Below, one piece after another: positions 1 to 7,720 of a DNA stretch of 64,000 bases (positions are counted from its first letter, which is position 1; each line of letters begins with the position of its first letter). A model generated the notes under the pieces. The model made no database searches. It was not told the DNA's origin and saw only the letters and a program-made list of their open reading frames with translations. Location of the stretch: positions 354,948 to 418,947 of IMG/VR virus record IMGVR_UViG_3300021979_000001. One strand, given 5' to 3'. The DNA comes from a virus (lineage: Duplodnaviria > Heunggongvirae > Uroviricota > Caudoviricetes). The position numbers were made by a program, and so were the translations under genes.

Positions 1-61
1 TTTCAAATGGTAACCATAGCTGACCTGGATCATATACGTGATCCAATAGTAACACAACCAT
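1..61 (-). CDS. N-terminal fragment (runs off the window) of a fifth member of the H-x-YD-x2-QLW paralog family
   Basis: Not in the ORF track. The reverse complement reads MVVLLLDHVYDPGQLWLPFE, matching HEYDHNQLWLDF of the neighbouring ORF. A GAAGG RBS-like motif lies upstream. Confidence 0.6.
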   Translation of the reverse strand, partial: MVVLLLDHVYDPGQLWLPFE

Positions 62-111
62 TCGACGATACCTTCGTTATATTGGGTCTGATGTTATTGA
101 TGTTATTGATG

Positions 112-708
112 TTAATCAATTTCTGTTGTAGTGCAATACTCACTTAATACTTTCTTCAATACACCACTGCGTTCCAACAGTTGAACCATCATATACGTTT
201 CTCTACGCGAGAACATGATTATGACATCATTTTGTTTGGTCTTGTTATGCGTGTTAATATAATATCGCCCTGATGCATTCACGACAAACCAGTATTTAAA
301 CAACATGTAATCAGCACCAATGTTTATGGTCATCTGATATATATTGTCATCATCGTCCCGATCCCAACACGGATAATCACACCGCTTCAAATCGTAGTAT
401 TCGGTATCGGAAATTTGACAAAATTCATCAAACCGCAATTGATATTGCTGGTTATTAGAATAAGAATACATAATATAAGTTAATGGTCTAATACGGGCGG
501 TCGTCTGCGAAGGGCGTATATTATCCCGATAATATGATCTCAAATAAGACTTTTTGATCGGATAAAAAATAGTATGACCAAAATCTAACCACAATTGATT
601 GTGGTCATACTCGTGCTGCAATGTAATCGATTTTGGTGCATATGCCATATATTCGTATTCAATCGAGATATATTCATTAATGTCCAATGCAGATTTCATA
701 ACACTCAC
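112..708 (-). CDS. hypothetical phage protein, QLWxDFGH paralog family
   Basis: 198 aa. Shares PxSITL-H-YDHNQLWLDFG, L-x-FDEF and DYPxWDRD motifs with 734..1372. Confidence 0.8.
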   Translation of the reverse strand: MSVMKSALDINEYISIEYEYMAYAPKSITLQHEYDHNQLWLDFGHTIFYPIKKSYLRSYYRDNIRPSQTTARIRPLTYIMYSYSNNQQYQLRFDEFCQISDTEYYDLKRCDYPCWDRDDDDNIYQMTINIGADYMLFKYWFVVNASGRYYINTHNKTKQNDVIIMFSRRETYMMVQLLERSGVLKKVLSEYCTTTEID

Positions 709-733
709 TTCACCATTTTACCAAATGACATTG

Positions 734-1372
734 TTATTGGTCGTTACCGTATTCCGTAATGATTTCAATTATTTCCCCACCCCGAGATAACATATCTACC
801 AAAACGAACGCGGCTTGATGTGAAAAATAACATATGTGTTTATCATTGTATTTAGTCAAATAAAACCTGCCTGGCGCATGATCAATAACCCATTTCTTAA
901 ATTGGGTTAAATGCCGGTTGTCATTAAACGGCATTGTTATATTAAATATGTCGCCATTATTATCCCGATCCCATACGGGATAGTCATTTTTAGCAAGGAG
1001 CATGAACTCATAAAATTCCAACTCGCGAAATTCGTCAAATGGCAACAGATATTGTGGTTCAGTAGAATAACAATACATTCCCTTGTTTGTTGGGGTTATC
1101 AGATTATCATTTTGCTTCGGTTTAATATTCGAATTATGATACCGGTAAAACCGCTTTTTATATGAGTCGTCCAGTCGGTAGATTACGGCTACACCAAAGT
1201 CTAACCATAATTGATTATGATCATACCGATTATGCAATGTAATTGATTGTGGGATGAAAGCAACATGTTCGTCTTCAATCTCATAATCTCTAGGTTCGTT
1301 ATGACATATAATATCATCAAAAACCATGTCAGTTATATTGACGTATTCATGTATATCCAAAGCAGGTTTCAT
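734..1372 (-). CDS. hypothetical phage protein, QLWxDFGH paralog family
   Basis: 212 aa. Starts MKPALDIHEY and carries the same motifs as 112..708. Confidence 0.8.
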   Translation of the reverse strand: MKPALDIHEYVNITDMVFDDIICHNEPRDYEIEDEHVAFIPQSITLHNRYDHNQLWLDFGVAVIYRLDDSYKKRFYRYHNSNIKPKQNDNLITPTNKGMYCYSTEPQYLLPFDEFRELEFYEFMLLAKNDYPVWDRDNNGDIFNITMPFNDNRHLTQFKKWVIDHAPGRFYLTKYNDKHICYFSHQAAFVLVDMLSRGGEIIEIITEYGNDQ

Positions 1373-1950
1373 AATGCAATCTTTACCATAATCATATCAC
1401 TGTATTTTTCGAACACGACGGTTTTTTGGGATTTCAGACTCCCATATTTACCATAACATACCCGGTCACATATAGAAAACAACCGGCTTGCGCCGCCATC
1501 AACCGATTTAAACGAAATGCCATAATAGTTACCATTTTCATCCTTTTCAAACAACGGAAAACCCACGATTGACATATTTGTTATGACCTTCGTGGATAGT
1601 CGCCGCCCGGTATCGAACGGTAGCAAATATTGATTTTGGTCTAATCCAATATTCGGATATAAACTATGGTGTTCTGGTGACAATTTTATTTTTTTATTGA
1701 TTTTGGTTTTCATTGATGCCAGTTTATTGTTTGCATTCCTGGCTTCGGATTTGGCTTTATTTATTTCTGCCCGCTTTTCTTTTGCGGTTAATGCTTTAGT
1801 GGAGGTAGATGCCTCAAAAATAGTCACATGACCAAAATCAAACCACATCTGGTTAATGTCATATGTATGGTTCAACCGAACGATTTTATTCGAACCGCAA
1901 GCAGTTGCAATATCGCGACTTATCATAATCGGATATTTATGCATCAGCAT
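1369..1950 (-). CDS. hypothetical phage protein, QLWxDFGH paralog family
   Basis: HTYDINQMWFDFGHV and QYLLPFD motifs. 4-nt overlap with the downstream gene. Confidence 0.8.
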   Translation of the reverse strand: MLMHKYPIMISRDIATACGSNKIVRLNHTYDINQMWFDFGHVTIFEASTSTKALTAKEKRAEINKAKSEARNANNKLASMKTKINKKIKLSPEHHSLYPNIGLDQNQYLLPFDTGRRLSTKVITNMSIVGFPLFEKDENGNYYGISFKSVDGGASRLFSICDRVCYGKYGSLKSQKTVVFEKYSDMIMVKIAL

Positions 1951-2476
1951 TAGTATCTCCCATCATTGATTTTATCTTCAACCAATCATTTTTGCACTTA
2001 AAGATAATTGTTGTCAACGATTTAAGTTTCATATTGCGCAAACTTAGTTTTTTATATTTGTTCGGTTTTTTACCAGGGTAATGTGAAAAATTATGTCGGC
2101 AATGTTCATGCGCTAATTTTTCAGTTACATTATTATTAGGTAACCAATAAAGTTCCCCTTGCGCACGATGGTCCCAACCTGGGAAACCTTTTGCCGAAAT
2201 GTCCCGCAATACTGTTTTATGACAAATCCGATATTCATAAAATGGCAATACGCCTTGATCATCAACCTGATATTTTTTGATATTTAAGGTTGGCGGCGGA
2301 CCATTGTGTTTGGGTGTTGTTGTTGTGTCATCGGTGGTCGTGTCATTAAGCAAGAAAAGAAAAACATGACCAAAATCAAACCATAACTGTTCTTTGGGAA
2401 AATAGCTGTCAAAATAAACGACATTCCCTGTCACATAATAATTGTTTTTGTCGCTGTTTAAATCTAATATCATCAC
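1937..2476 (-). CDS. hypothetical phage protein, QLWxDFGH paralog family
   Basis: EQLWFDFGHV, VLPFYE and GFPGWD motifs. Overlaps the next gene in an operon-like way. Confidence 0.75.
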   Translation of the reverse strand: MMILDLNSDKNNYYVTGNVVYFDSYFPKEQLWFDFGHVFLFLLNDTTTDDTTTTPKHNGPPPTLNIKKYQVDDQGVLPFYEYRICHKTVLRDISAKGFPGWDHRAQGELYWLPNNNVTEKLAHEHCRHNFSHYPGKKPNKYKKLSLRNMKLKSLTTIIFKCKNDWLKIKSMMGDTNADA

Positions 2477-2670
2477 AGACCAACCTATGGAACAATATTA
2501 TTTTTATAAGATGAAATGTTGATGCTGTCAACGAATTATAGTTGACAAAAAACATTTTACCTATAAATATTGTTGTATTGTTTAACTAAGGGGGTTTCGA
2601 TTTCTGATGCGACGCTCGATGCAGCAATGGCCGAATTATATTCCGTGCTAAAAGGATAACCAACACAACG

Positions 2671-2704
2671 AATAAGGCGGGTAAAATACACCGCCTTGTT
2701 TTTT
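2671..2704. terminator. intrinsic terminator hairpin
   Basis: AATAAGGCGG-loop-CCGCCTTGTT followed by a T tract. Confidence 0.6.
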
Positions 2705-2727
2705 AATTCATCGTTTGATAAAGAAAT

Positions 2728-2773
2728 TGATCGGAATGGAGGGGTTCGAACCCCCGGCCATTTGGTCCCAAAA
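2728..2773 (-). pseudogene. duplicated 3' half of tRNA-Pro (anticodon loop to 3' end, CCA changed to TCA)
   Basis: 2731-2759 matches 3193-3221 at 28/29 nt. Similarity continues to the TTTGGGA anticodon loop and then stops. No 5' half or D arm is present. Confidence 0.75.
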
Positions 2774-2786
2774 CGGTAGTTTCATT

Positions 2787-3113
2787 ATGAACAAGTTTTC
2801 GATTGTCGATATTTGTGACTTCCACCGCGTGGAAAATCACCCAAAAACAAAATCATGGTATTGCGACCAACCAAAGATTGAACACATCAATCGGGTTCAG
2901 ACCATGACTGACACGAGCATAGAAAAACTTGTTTCGGTGTTTGGTGCGCCTGACCGTGCGCATCGAGCCAATTTTTGGTTTTTTGAAATTGATGATGTTG
3001 GCTTCATGATCAAATTGGATGCCACCGGGATGACTGTATCTATCAACAACCTTAGCATCGATGACAACAAATTGTTTTCGGTAATGGACGAACTGTATTC
3101 CCGGCTAAAATAG
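2787..3113 (+). CDS. hypothetical protein (108 aa from ATG 2787)
   Basis: C-terminal part of track ORF 2715..3113. The upstream extension is only the antisense of the tRNA fragment. A terminator follows. Confidence 0.6.
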   Translation: MNKFSIVDICDFHRVENHPKTKSWYCDQPKIEHINRVQTMTDTSIEKLVSVFGAPDRAHRANFWFFEIDDVGFMIKLDATGMTVSINNLSIDDNKLFSVMDELYSRLK

Positions 3114-3130
3114 ATGGTTCTTAAACACAA

Positions 3131-3167
3131 AAAAACAAGGCTGGTGAAAATTACCAGCCTTGTTTTT
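3131..3167. terminator. bidirectional intrinsic terminator between the ORF and tRNA-Pro
   Basis: AAAAACAAGGCTGGT-loop-ACCAGCCTTGTTTTT with perfect 15-bp arms. Confidence 0.75.
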
Positions 3168-3189
3168 GTTTCATCATTTGATGAATGAT

Positions 3190-3266
<77 letters not shown>

Positions 3267-3277
3267 TTTGTTGCTCT

Positions 3278-3306
3278 CTTATATCGAATGGTGAAACTAT
3301 TGTCAA
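3278..3306 (-). promoter_or_regulatory. sigma70-type promoter for tRNA-Pro
   Basis: TTGACA-N17-TATAAG on the minus strand, about 11 nt upstream of the tRNA. Confidence 0.7.
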
Positions 3307-3309
3307 CAT

Positions 3310-3690
3310 TTAGTTTTCGTGAATCGAAAAATATTCTGGTCCCAATGCTGAAATCAACACTACTTTTCCAGGTAACCCATGTGGATTGTTAAGTTCATCG
3401 ATAACCGAACTCCCTATTCCATCTTCTGGATCAACTCGTAGAAGATCAGTTGGGACATTTTTAACCTGGACTACGGTATTACATCCTTTTTCTTCGGCGA
3501 ACCATAATGCGTCGTCGCTGTCAGATGACAAATACAGATACCTGCTTTGGCCCATATTTGCCCCTTGCGCCCATGAACGCGGAGTCCACCCATTTTTAAT
3601 TAAATTTTCTGCACTATGAGAACATGTTCCATGATATAACACCGGGATAATCATGGTATTTTCTGATACTATATTGATAAAATCTCGCAT
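3310..3690 (-). CDS. small ADP-ribosyltransferase-fold-like protein
   Basis: LYHGT...A..I...G...YLYLSS...A..FA pattern typical of H-type ART/PARP-like phage proteins. ATAAATA motif upstream. Confidence 0.55.
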   Translation of the reverse strand: MRDFINIVSENTMIIPVLYHGTCSHSAENLIKNGWTPRSWAQGANMGQSRYLYLSSDSDDALWFAEEKGCNTVVQVKNVPTDLLRVDPEDGIGSSVIDELNNPHGLPGKVVLISALGPEYFSIHEN

Positions 3691-3754
3691 TATTATCCTA
3701 CGTTAACATGATGCGATTATTTATCTAATATTTCAGGTCAAAACAAAAAACGAA

Positions 3755-3830
3755 TGGTGCCGGGGAACGGATTTGAACCGCTGACACCCGCCGCTTCAAG
3801 ACGGTGTTCTACCAACTGAACTACCCCGGC
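3755..3830 (-). tRNA. tRNA-Phe(GAA)
   Basis: GCCGGGG/CCCCGGC acceptor, CCGTC-TTGAAGC-GGCGG anticodon arm, GGTTCAAATCC, CCA. Confidence 0.9.
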
Positions 3831-3841
3831 ACAAAAAAAGA

Positions 3842-3916
3842 TGGTGTCCCCAACGGGATTTGAACCCGTGCTTTCACCTTGAAAGGGTGATGGCCTAACC
3901 ACTAGCCGATGGGGAC
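3842..3916 (-). tRNA. tRNA-Glu(UUC)
   Basis: GTCCCCA acceptor, TCACC-CTTTCAA-GGTGA, T-arm, CCA. Confidence 0.95.
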
Positions 3917-4209
3917 TATTCTGTTTTGATATATTTACGAATCTTTTTCCGCAAATCAAAAGTAAATGGTCGCTCGTTTTTCTCCAACAAATCTGTTACC
4001 AACGTAGAACATGTAATTCCGCATGAACGCAATGAAACGTCTTCACTTTTTGGTTTCCCAGTAGTAAAAACTCCGGTAATTTCTTCATTGTCAATATCAA
4101 CCACAAAAAAATCGCGATTTTTTACATCGTTGATGTTACGGCAAACAGAAGCGAACCCATGATTTCCAAATTTTTTCGGATTAAATTCAATAACAACATA
4201 TTCAGTCAT
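3916..4209 (-). CDS. hypothetical protein
   Basis: ATG 4209 with an AAGGA RBS and a sigma70-like promoter upstream. The stop codon abuts tRNA-Glu. Confidence 0.6.
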   Translation of the reverse strand: MTEYVVIEFNPKKFGNHGFASVCRNINDVKNRDFFVVDIDNEEITGVFTTGKPKSEDVSLRSCGITCSTLVTDLLEKNERPFTFDLRKKIRKYIKTE

Positions 4210-4273
4210 ACACACATTCCTTTGATTTGTTAATTTATACATTATATATATAGTTAAACTGAATATATGTCAA

Positions 4274-4519
4274 TCAGAAAAAACGGTTTTTCTTTTCAAT
4301 AAAGTATTCCGTATCAGTATTGTAGGTCCAGGACAATATCAAATATTTGGTTCGACTTGCCTTTTTGATGCGATAGTGGATAAAGGTGTCGTCATTAAAC
4401 ACAGAAATTATTTGAAACCCGATCATTCGCAATACAGGATTACATATTACTTTCAGCAACGACCGATGATTTATGATCGATCCATCTTTTTGTTTACGAA
4501 TGATACCTAATTTTAGCAA
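4274..4519 (-). CDS. hypothetical protein
   Basis: 81-aa ORF that fills the gap between neighbours. Confidence 0.5.
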   Translation of the reverse strand: MLKLGIIRKQKDGSIINHRSLLKVICNPVLRMIGFQIISVFNDDTFIHYRIKKASRTKYLILSWTYNTDTEYFIEKKNRFF

Positions 4520-4553
4520 TGATTTATCCTAAATAATGTAAAATGGATTTATC

Positions 4554-5018
4554 ATGAAATTACAAGACTTATTTGAAGCAGTAAGATATGGCCCGAAAGG
4601 TTGGTTTAATACCAATGATAAGACCTGGATTGAAATATCCGGTTACTGGCACCATTCATCGTTTGTTTGGAATCATCCAGACTTGTTTTCATGGAATGAT
4701 ATATTCGGATATTCACCCGAAGATTATTTAGAGCAATTTAACCTGGCTAATATGTTACCACCCGATTATGATGAAACGATTATCGAACCATTAATAGATC
4801 ATGGTTGGGTTCGAATGACTTCAACCATGCATTCCGATAACAATCTTAATGTTTATTTAGATGCCAAGTCTGACCAACCGGCACGAACCGCTATCCGTTA
4901 TATCATCCAGAAAATCATTTCATTTCGGGATATACACGATATTACCATTCAACTAAGTGATGGCCCCGCGCTTAAGTTTGACCAGAAAACCGTTATGGCT
5001 TATCTGCGCGGGAAATGA
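4554..5018 (+). CDS. hypothetical protein with MKLQDLFE leader (possibly virion-packaged)
   Basis: 154 aa. TAAATA at 4530-4535. Oriented against the tRNA array. Confidence 0.7.
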   Translation: MKLQDLFEAVRYGPKGWFNTNDKTWIEISGYWHHSSFVWNHPDLFSWNDIFGYSPEDYLEQFNLANMLPPDYDETIIEPLIDHGWVRMTSTMHSDNNLNVYLDAKSDQPARTAIRYIIQKIISFRDIHDITIQLSDGPALKFDQKTVMAYLRGK

Positions 5019-5019
5019 A

Positions 5020-5095
5020 TGGAGAACCATGTCGGACTCGAACCGACGACACACAGATTAAGAGCCTGTTGTTCTAGCCGCTGAACTAATGGTTC
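5020..5095 (-). tRNA. tRNA-Lys(CUU)
   Basis: GAACCAT/ATGGTTC acceptor, ACAGG-CTCTTAA-TCTGT, GGTTCGAGTCC, U73-CCA. Confidence 0.92.
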
Positions 5096-5109
5096 AATAT
5101 CAAAAAAGA

Positions 5110-5183
5110 TGGTAGCGGGTCCGGGCGACGACCCCGGCTAATCAACGTTATGAGCATTGATCCTTTCCCAGCGAAGCCCCGCC
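5110..5183 (-). tRNA. non-canonical tRNA with CAU anticodon (Met/fMet/Ile2 uncertain)
   Basis: TCAATG-CTCATAA-CGTTGA anticodon arm and CCA end, but the T-loop is GTCGTCG and the D arm is irregular. Confidence 0.7.
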
Positions 5184-5204
5184 AAAAACACACTCGTTGG
5201 TAAA

Positions 5205-5281
5205 TGGTGATCCTGGAAGGATTCAAACCTACAACCTTCGGTTTCGTAGACCGACGTTCTATTCAGTTGAACTACAGGATC
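5205..5281 (-). tRNA. tRNA-Arg(ACG)
   Basis: GATCCTG/CAGGATC acceptor, TCGGT-CTACGAA-ACCGA, CCA. Confidence 0.92.
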
Positions 5282-5288
5282 ATAAAGA

Positions 5289-5373
5289 TGGTAGTCGTAG
5301 GGAGACTCGAACTCCCATGGGAAACCCCACCGGAACCTAAATCCGGCGCGTATACCAATTCCGCCATACGACC
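5289..5373 (-). tRNA. tRNA-Leu(UAG)
   Basis: GGCGGAATTGGTATACGCG D arm, CCGGA-TTTAGGT-TCCGG, long variable arm, A73-CCA. Confidence 0.95.
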
Positions 5374-5384
5374 ATTACTTAATA

Positions 5385-5610
5385 GTCGATCTATACAGAT
5401 CGAAAAGGGGGTTGCGGACGCGTTGTATCGGGGACTTGCACCCAAGACTCCAATCAATTCATAAGACCGACTTAACTTATGAATAACGTGGATTCGAACC
5501 ACATTCTCTCTACCGGCATGCCATAAATGGTGGTAGGCAACTTACATACAACACTTACCCTCACGTTATATCAATTCTTGATTATGACTTAAACGTTATC
5601 ATCATAATCC
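5385..5610 (-). ncRNA. candidate structured RNA with two T-loop-like hairpins inside the tRNA array
   Basis: Minus-strand GTGG-TTCGAAT-CCAC (5488-5502) and GGG-TGCAAGT-CCC (5431-5443), plus 7-9 bp hairpins. No cloverleaf or CCA. Confidence 0.35.
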
Positions 5611-5653
5611 ATCCTATCAACTTCGATCAGGTCAACTTATATTCTAATTTTAT

Positions 5654-5728
5654 TGGTGGAGCCAGTCGGATTTGAACCGACGACCCTTTGCTTGCAAAGC
5701 AAATGTTCTCCCGCTGAACTATGGCCCC
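5654..5728 (-). tRNA. tRNA-Ala(UGC)
   Basis: GGGGCCA/TGGCTCC acceptor with G3:U70, loop TTTGCAA, CCA. Confidence 0.95.
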
Positions 5729-5754
5729 TATTTTCGTGTTTATTTAATCAAAAG

Positions 5755-5828
5755 TGGATGCCCCTGCTGGATTCGAACCCGCGCTAATGACGCCAAAAGC
5801 CATTGTTCTACCACTAAACTAAGGGGCA
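5755..5828 (-). tRNA. tRNA-Gln(UUG)
   Basis: TGCCCCT/AGGGGCA acceptor (U1:A72), ATGGC-TTTTGGC-GTCAT, CCA. Confidence 0.9.
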
Positions 5829-5880
5829 TTAATAATTACGTTATACTACATGATGTTAATTATTGTCAACATCTTTTTTA

Positions 5881-5954
5881 TGGCACGGGTGGAAGGATTC
5901 AAACCCTCACTAACAGTTTTGGAGACCGTTGTGCTATCATTACACCACACCCAT
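5881..5954 (-). tRNA. tRNA-Trp(CCA)
   Basis: ACGGT-CTCCAAA-ACTGT anticodon arm, G73-CCA. Confidence 0.92.
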
Positions 5955-5968
5955 ATATCCATAATGAA

Positions 5969-6055
5969 TGGAGATAGTGACAGGATTCGAACCTGTGCGC
6001 GATAAAATCGTCCGGGGTTGCAATCCGGTGCAATCGACCACTCTGCCACACTATC
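5969..6055 (-). tRNA. tRNA-Cys(GCA) with an atypical long variable arm
   Basis: GATAGTG/CACTATC acceptor, loop TTGCAAC, U73, 15-nt variable region ACGATTTTATCGCGC. Confidence 0.88.
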
Positions 6056-6068
6056 ACCAGTAAAAAAT

Positions 6069-6155
6069 TGGAGGACCGGGTGAGATTCGAACTCACGCTG
6101 CGCTTTCGCGAACGGATTAAAAGCCCGCTGCCATCGACCGCTCGGCCACCGGTCC
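6069..6155 (-). tRNA. tRNA-Lys(UUU) anticodon on a class II (Tyr/Ser-like) body
   Basis: GGACCGG/CCGGTCC acceptor, GCGGG-CTTTTAA-TCCGT, variable arm TCGCGAAAGCGCAGC, U73-CCA. Confidence 0.85.
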
Positions 6156-6165
6156 TCAATAAAAA

Positions 6166-6250
6166 TGGTGGGAAGCCGTAGAATCGAACTACTCCCCTTT
6201 CGGGAACGGATTTACAGTCCGCGTGCTAAAACCATTAACTTTGACTTCCC
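6166..6250 (-). tRNA. tRNA-Tyr(GUA), apparent 8/4 cloverleaf
   Basis: GCGGA-CTGTAAA-TCCGT, 8-bp acceptor GGGAAGTC/GGCTTCCC, 4-bp T-stem GTAG/CTAC, A73-CCA. Confidence 0.88.
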
Positions 6251-6488
6251 ATATAAAACAGAATTGGTTCCTTCAATTCATCAACAAAATTTATTTCAAG
6301 ATTAGTAACTTGGTTACAAATACCATATATGTAACTATAGCGGCATTTATGTTGGAACATGCCACTACCAGGCTTCACAACCCAGTTGCACCTTTTTTCC
6401 GCAATCATTGCATCCATCCAGTAACCCGCCCGTTCGAGAATGTTTTAGGTGTTTTCTCGCGACCTCGTTTCGCATACCACCAAGACAT

Positions 6489-6520
6489 AAAAAAACCCGG
6501 CGAAGTTTCCTTCTACCGGG
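6489..6520 (-). terminator. intrinsic terminator upstream of the tRNA array
   Basis: Minus strand CCCGGTAGAAGG-AAA-CTTCGCCGGG followed by T7. Confidence 0.6.
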
Positions 6521-6936
6521 GAGTAAGATTATCAATTATGTGAAATTAGTCACATCATTTGACAATAATCTCCCCATGGGCCAGATATTGCTCTTTCCAA
6601 TTGCGAGGCATAAAATACGCGCAAAGGTTTGCAGCAATACGCTGATTGCGTTTTGCTTCAAATTTTGCGTTATGTTTTATGCAATTCGACATTTGAAAGT
6701 TCATTCCTTGTTCAGATTTGTCTATGTAAGACACGTCATTGCGTCTCACACAAATATATTTATCAAAGTAATTTCTAAAATTCAACATATTTTTTCAATT
6801 TTATGCAAAAAAATTCAAAACCCTATGATTTCTGCGGGTTATAGAACGAAAAAAATGTCAACGACCGTTATTTTATAAACATTGTGCCCCACTGAAGAAC
6901 CTGGTGGAAATACCATCACTTGTTTTTATCATCATA

Positions 6937-7125
6937 TCACGGAGCAACGAAATCATCCCAATGACTAAACGCGTTTTCGGGCCAAGTATTAGTTTTAGTT
7001 CCGTCCAGCCATGGAGTAATTGGCCTAAAATCAGGGCGATATTCAATTGTTACGGGACAATTCCATATAACATGCCATGCAACAATTTTACGATTTCGCG
7101 GAACGGTATCAAATGGTTTCCACAC
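6937..7125 (-). CDS. small phage protein of the W-x-P-x-x-T-x-P (DUF551-like) type
   Basis: Starts MWKPFDTVPR, ends SHW..P, AAGGA RBS. Confidence 0.55.
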   Translation of the reverse strand: MWKPFDTVPRNRKIVAWHVIWNCPVTIEYRPDFRPITPWLDGTKTNTWPENAFSHWDDFVAP

Positions 7126-7148
7126 TACCGTGAATCCTTATTGTTTAG

Positions 7149-7706
7149 TTAAGAATACAAATCAACTGGATTTTTGATCATCGTTACTGGTATATTATAT
7201 TGTTTTATGACCGACATCGCAACATTCAAATTATCATTTGCTTTCTTTAATGCCTTCTGTTTATCAACATCAGACATATCCGATAGCTGCCGTTCAAATA
7301 GTCCTGGGTTTTCAACCAAAAATACGCGGGTAATATATTTTCTAATATCACCAATCGGACCACGAACTATTTCTTCGGCTTCATACCGCCCATGTCGCAT
7401 ACCGCGAGATAAAAAAGAAGAATCGTCATATGGTCGCAAATAGGTTGCCGGATTGTCCGGTTCTTTCGTCATTTCTGCATACGGCATAATCGAGTAATTG
7501 TGTGTCAATTTAGTTCGATCAACAACCAAAACAGAATGATAAAGTCCACCCCATGAATATAGGCGAGCAAAACGAAAATCACGGGTAAAGGAATTTGATG
7601 TTCCATTACCCGATGACATCCGATTGCTTTCCAAAATTTGAACCAAATTCGTCAAACTTGTTGCATGATACAAATGGTCTGGACGAACAATTTCAAATAT
7701 TTTCAT
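7149..7706 (-). CDS. ADP-ribosyltransferase-fold-like protein
   Basis: LYHATS...IL.S..., SFTRD..FA, and EAEE (E-x-E-like) motifs. Confidence 0.55.
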   Translation of the reverse strand: MKIFEIVRPDHLYHATSLTNLVQILESNRMSSGNGTSNSFTRDFRFARLYSWGGLYHSVLVVDRTKLTHNYSIMPYAEMTKEPDNPATYLRPYDDSSFLSRGMRHGRYEAEEIVRGPIGDIRKYITRVFLVENPGLFERQLSDMSDVDKQKALKKANDNLNVAMSVIKQYNIPVTMIKNPVDLYS

Positions 7707-7720
7707 GGTTGGTGCGTTGC

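Noticed and set aside
89-114. Short tandem repeat (TGATGTTAT, ~3 copies)
   Set aside because: It is too short and intergenic to support a function, and is probably replication slippage.
3755-3830. Selenocysteine/opal tRNA suggested by CTTCAA on the plus strand
   Set aside because: The tRNA is on the minus strand with anticodon GAA and a normal 76-nt body.
6069-6155. Ochre suppressor (UUA) reading of the long-arm tRNA
   Set aside because: The stem GCGGG/TCCGT fixes the loop as CTTTTAA, so the anticodon is TTT. The shifted register does not pair.
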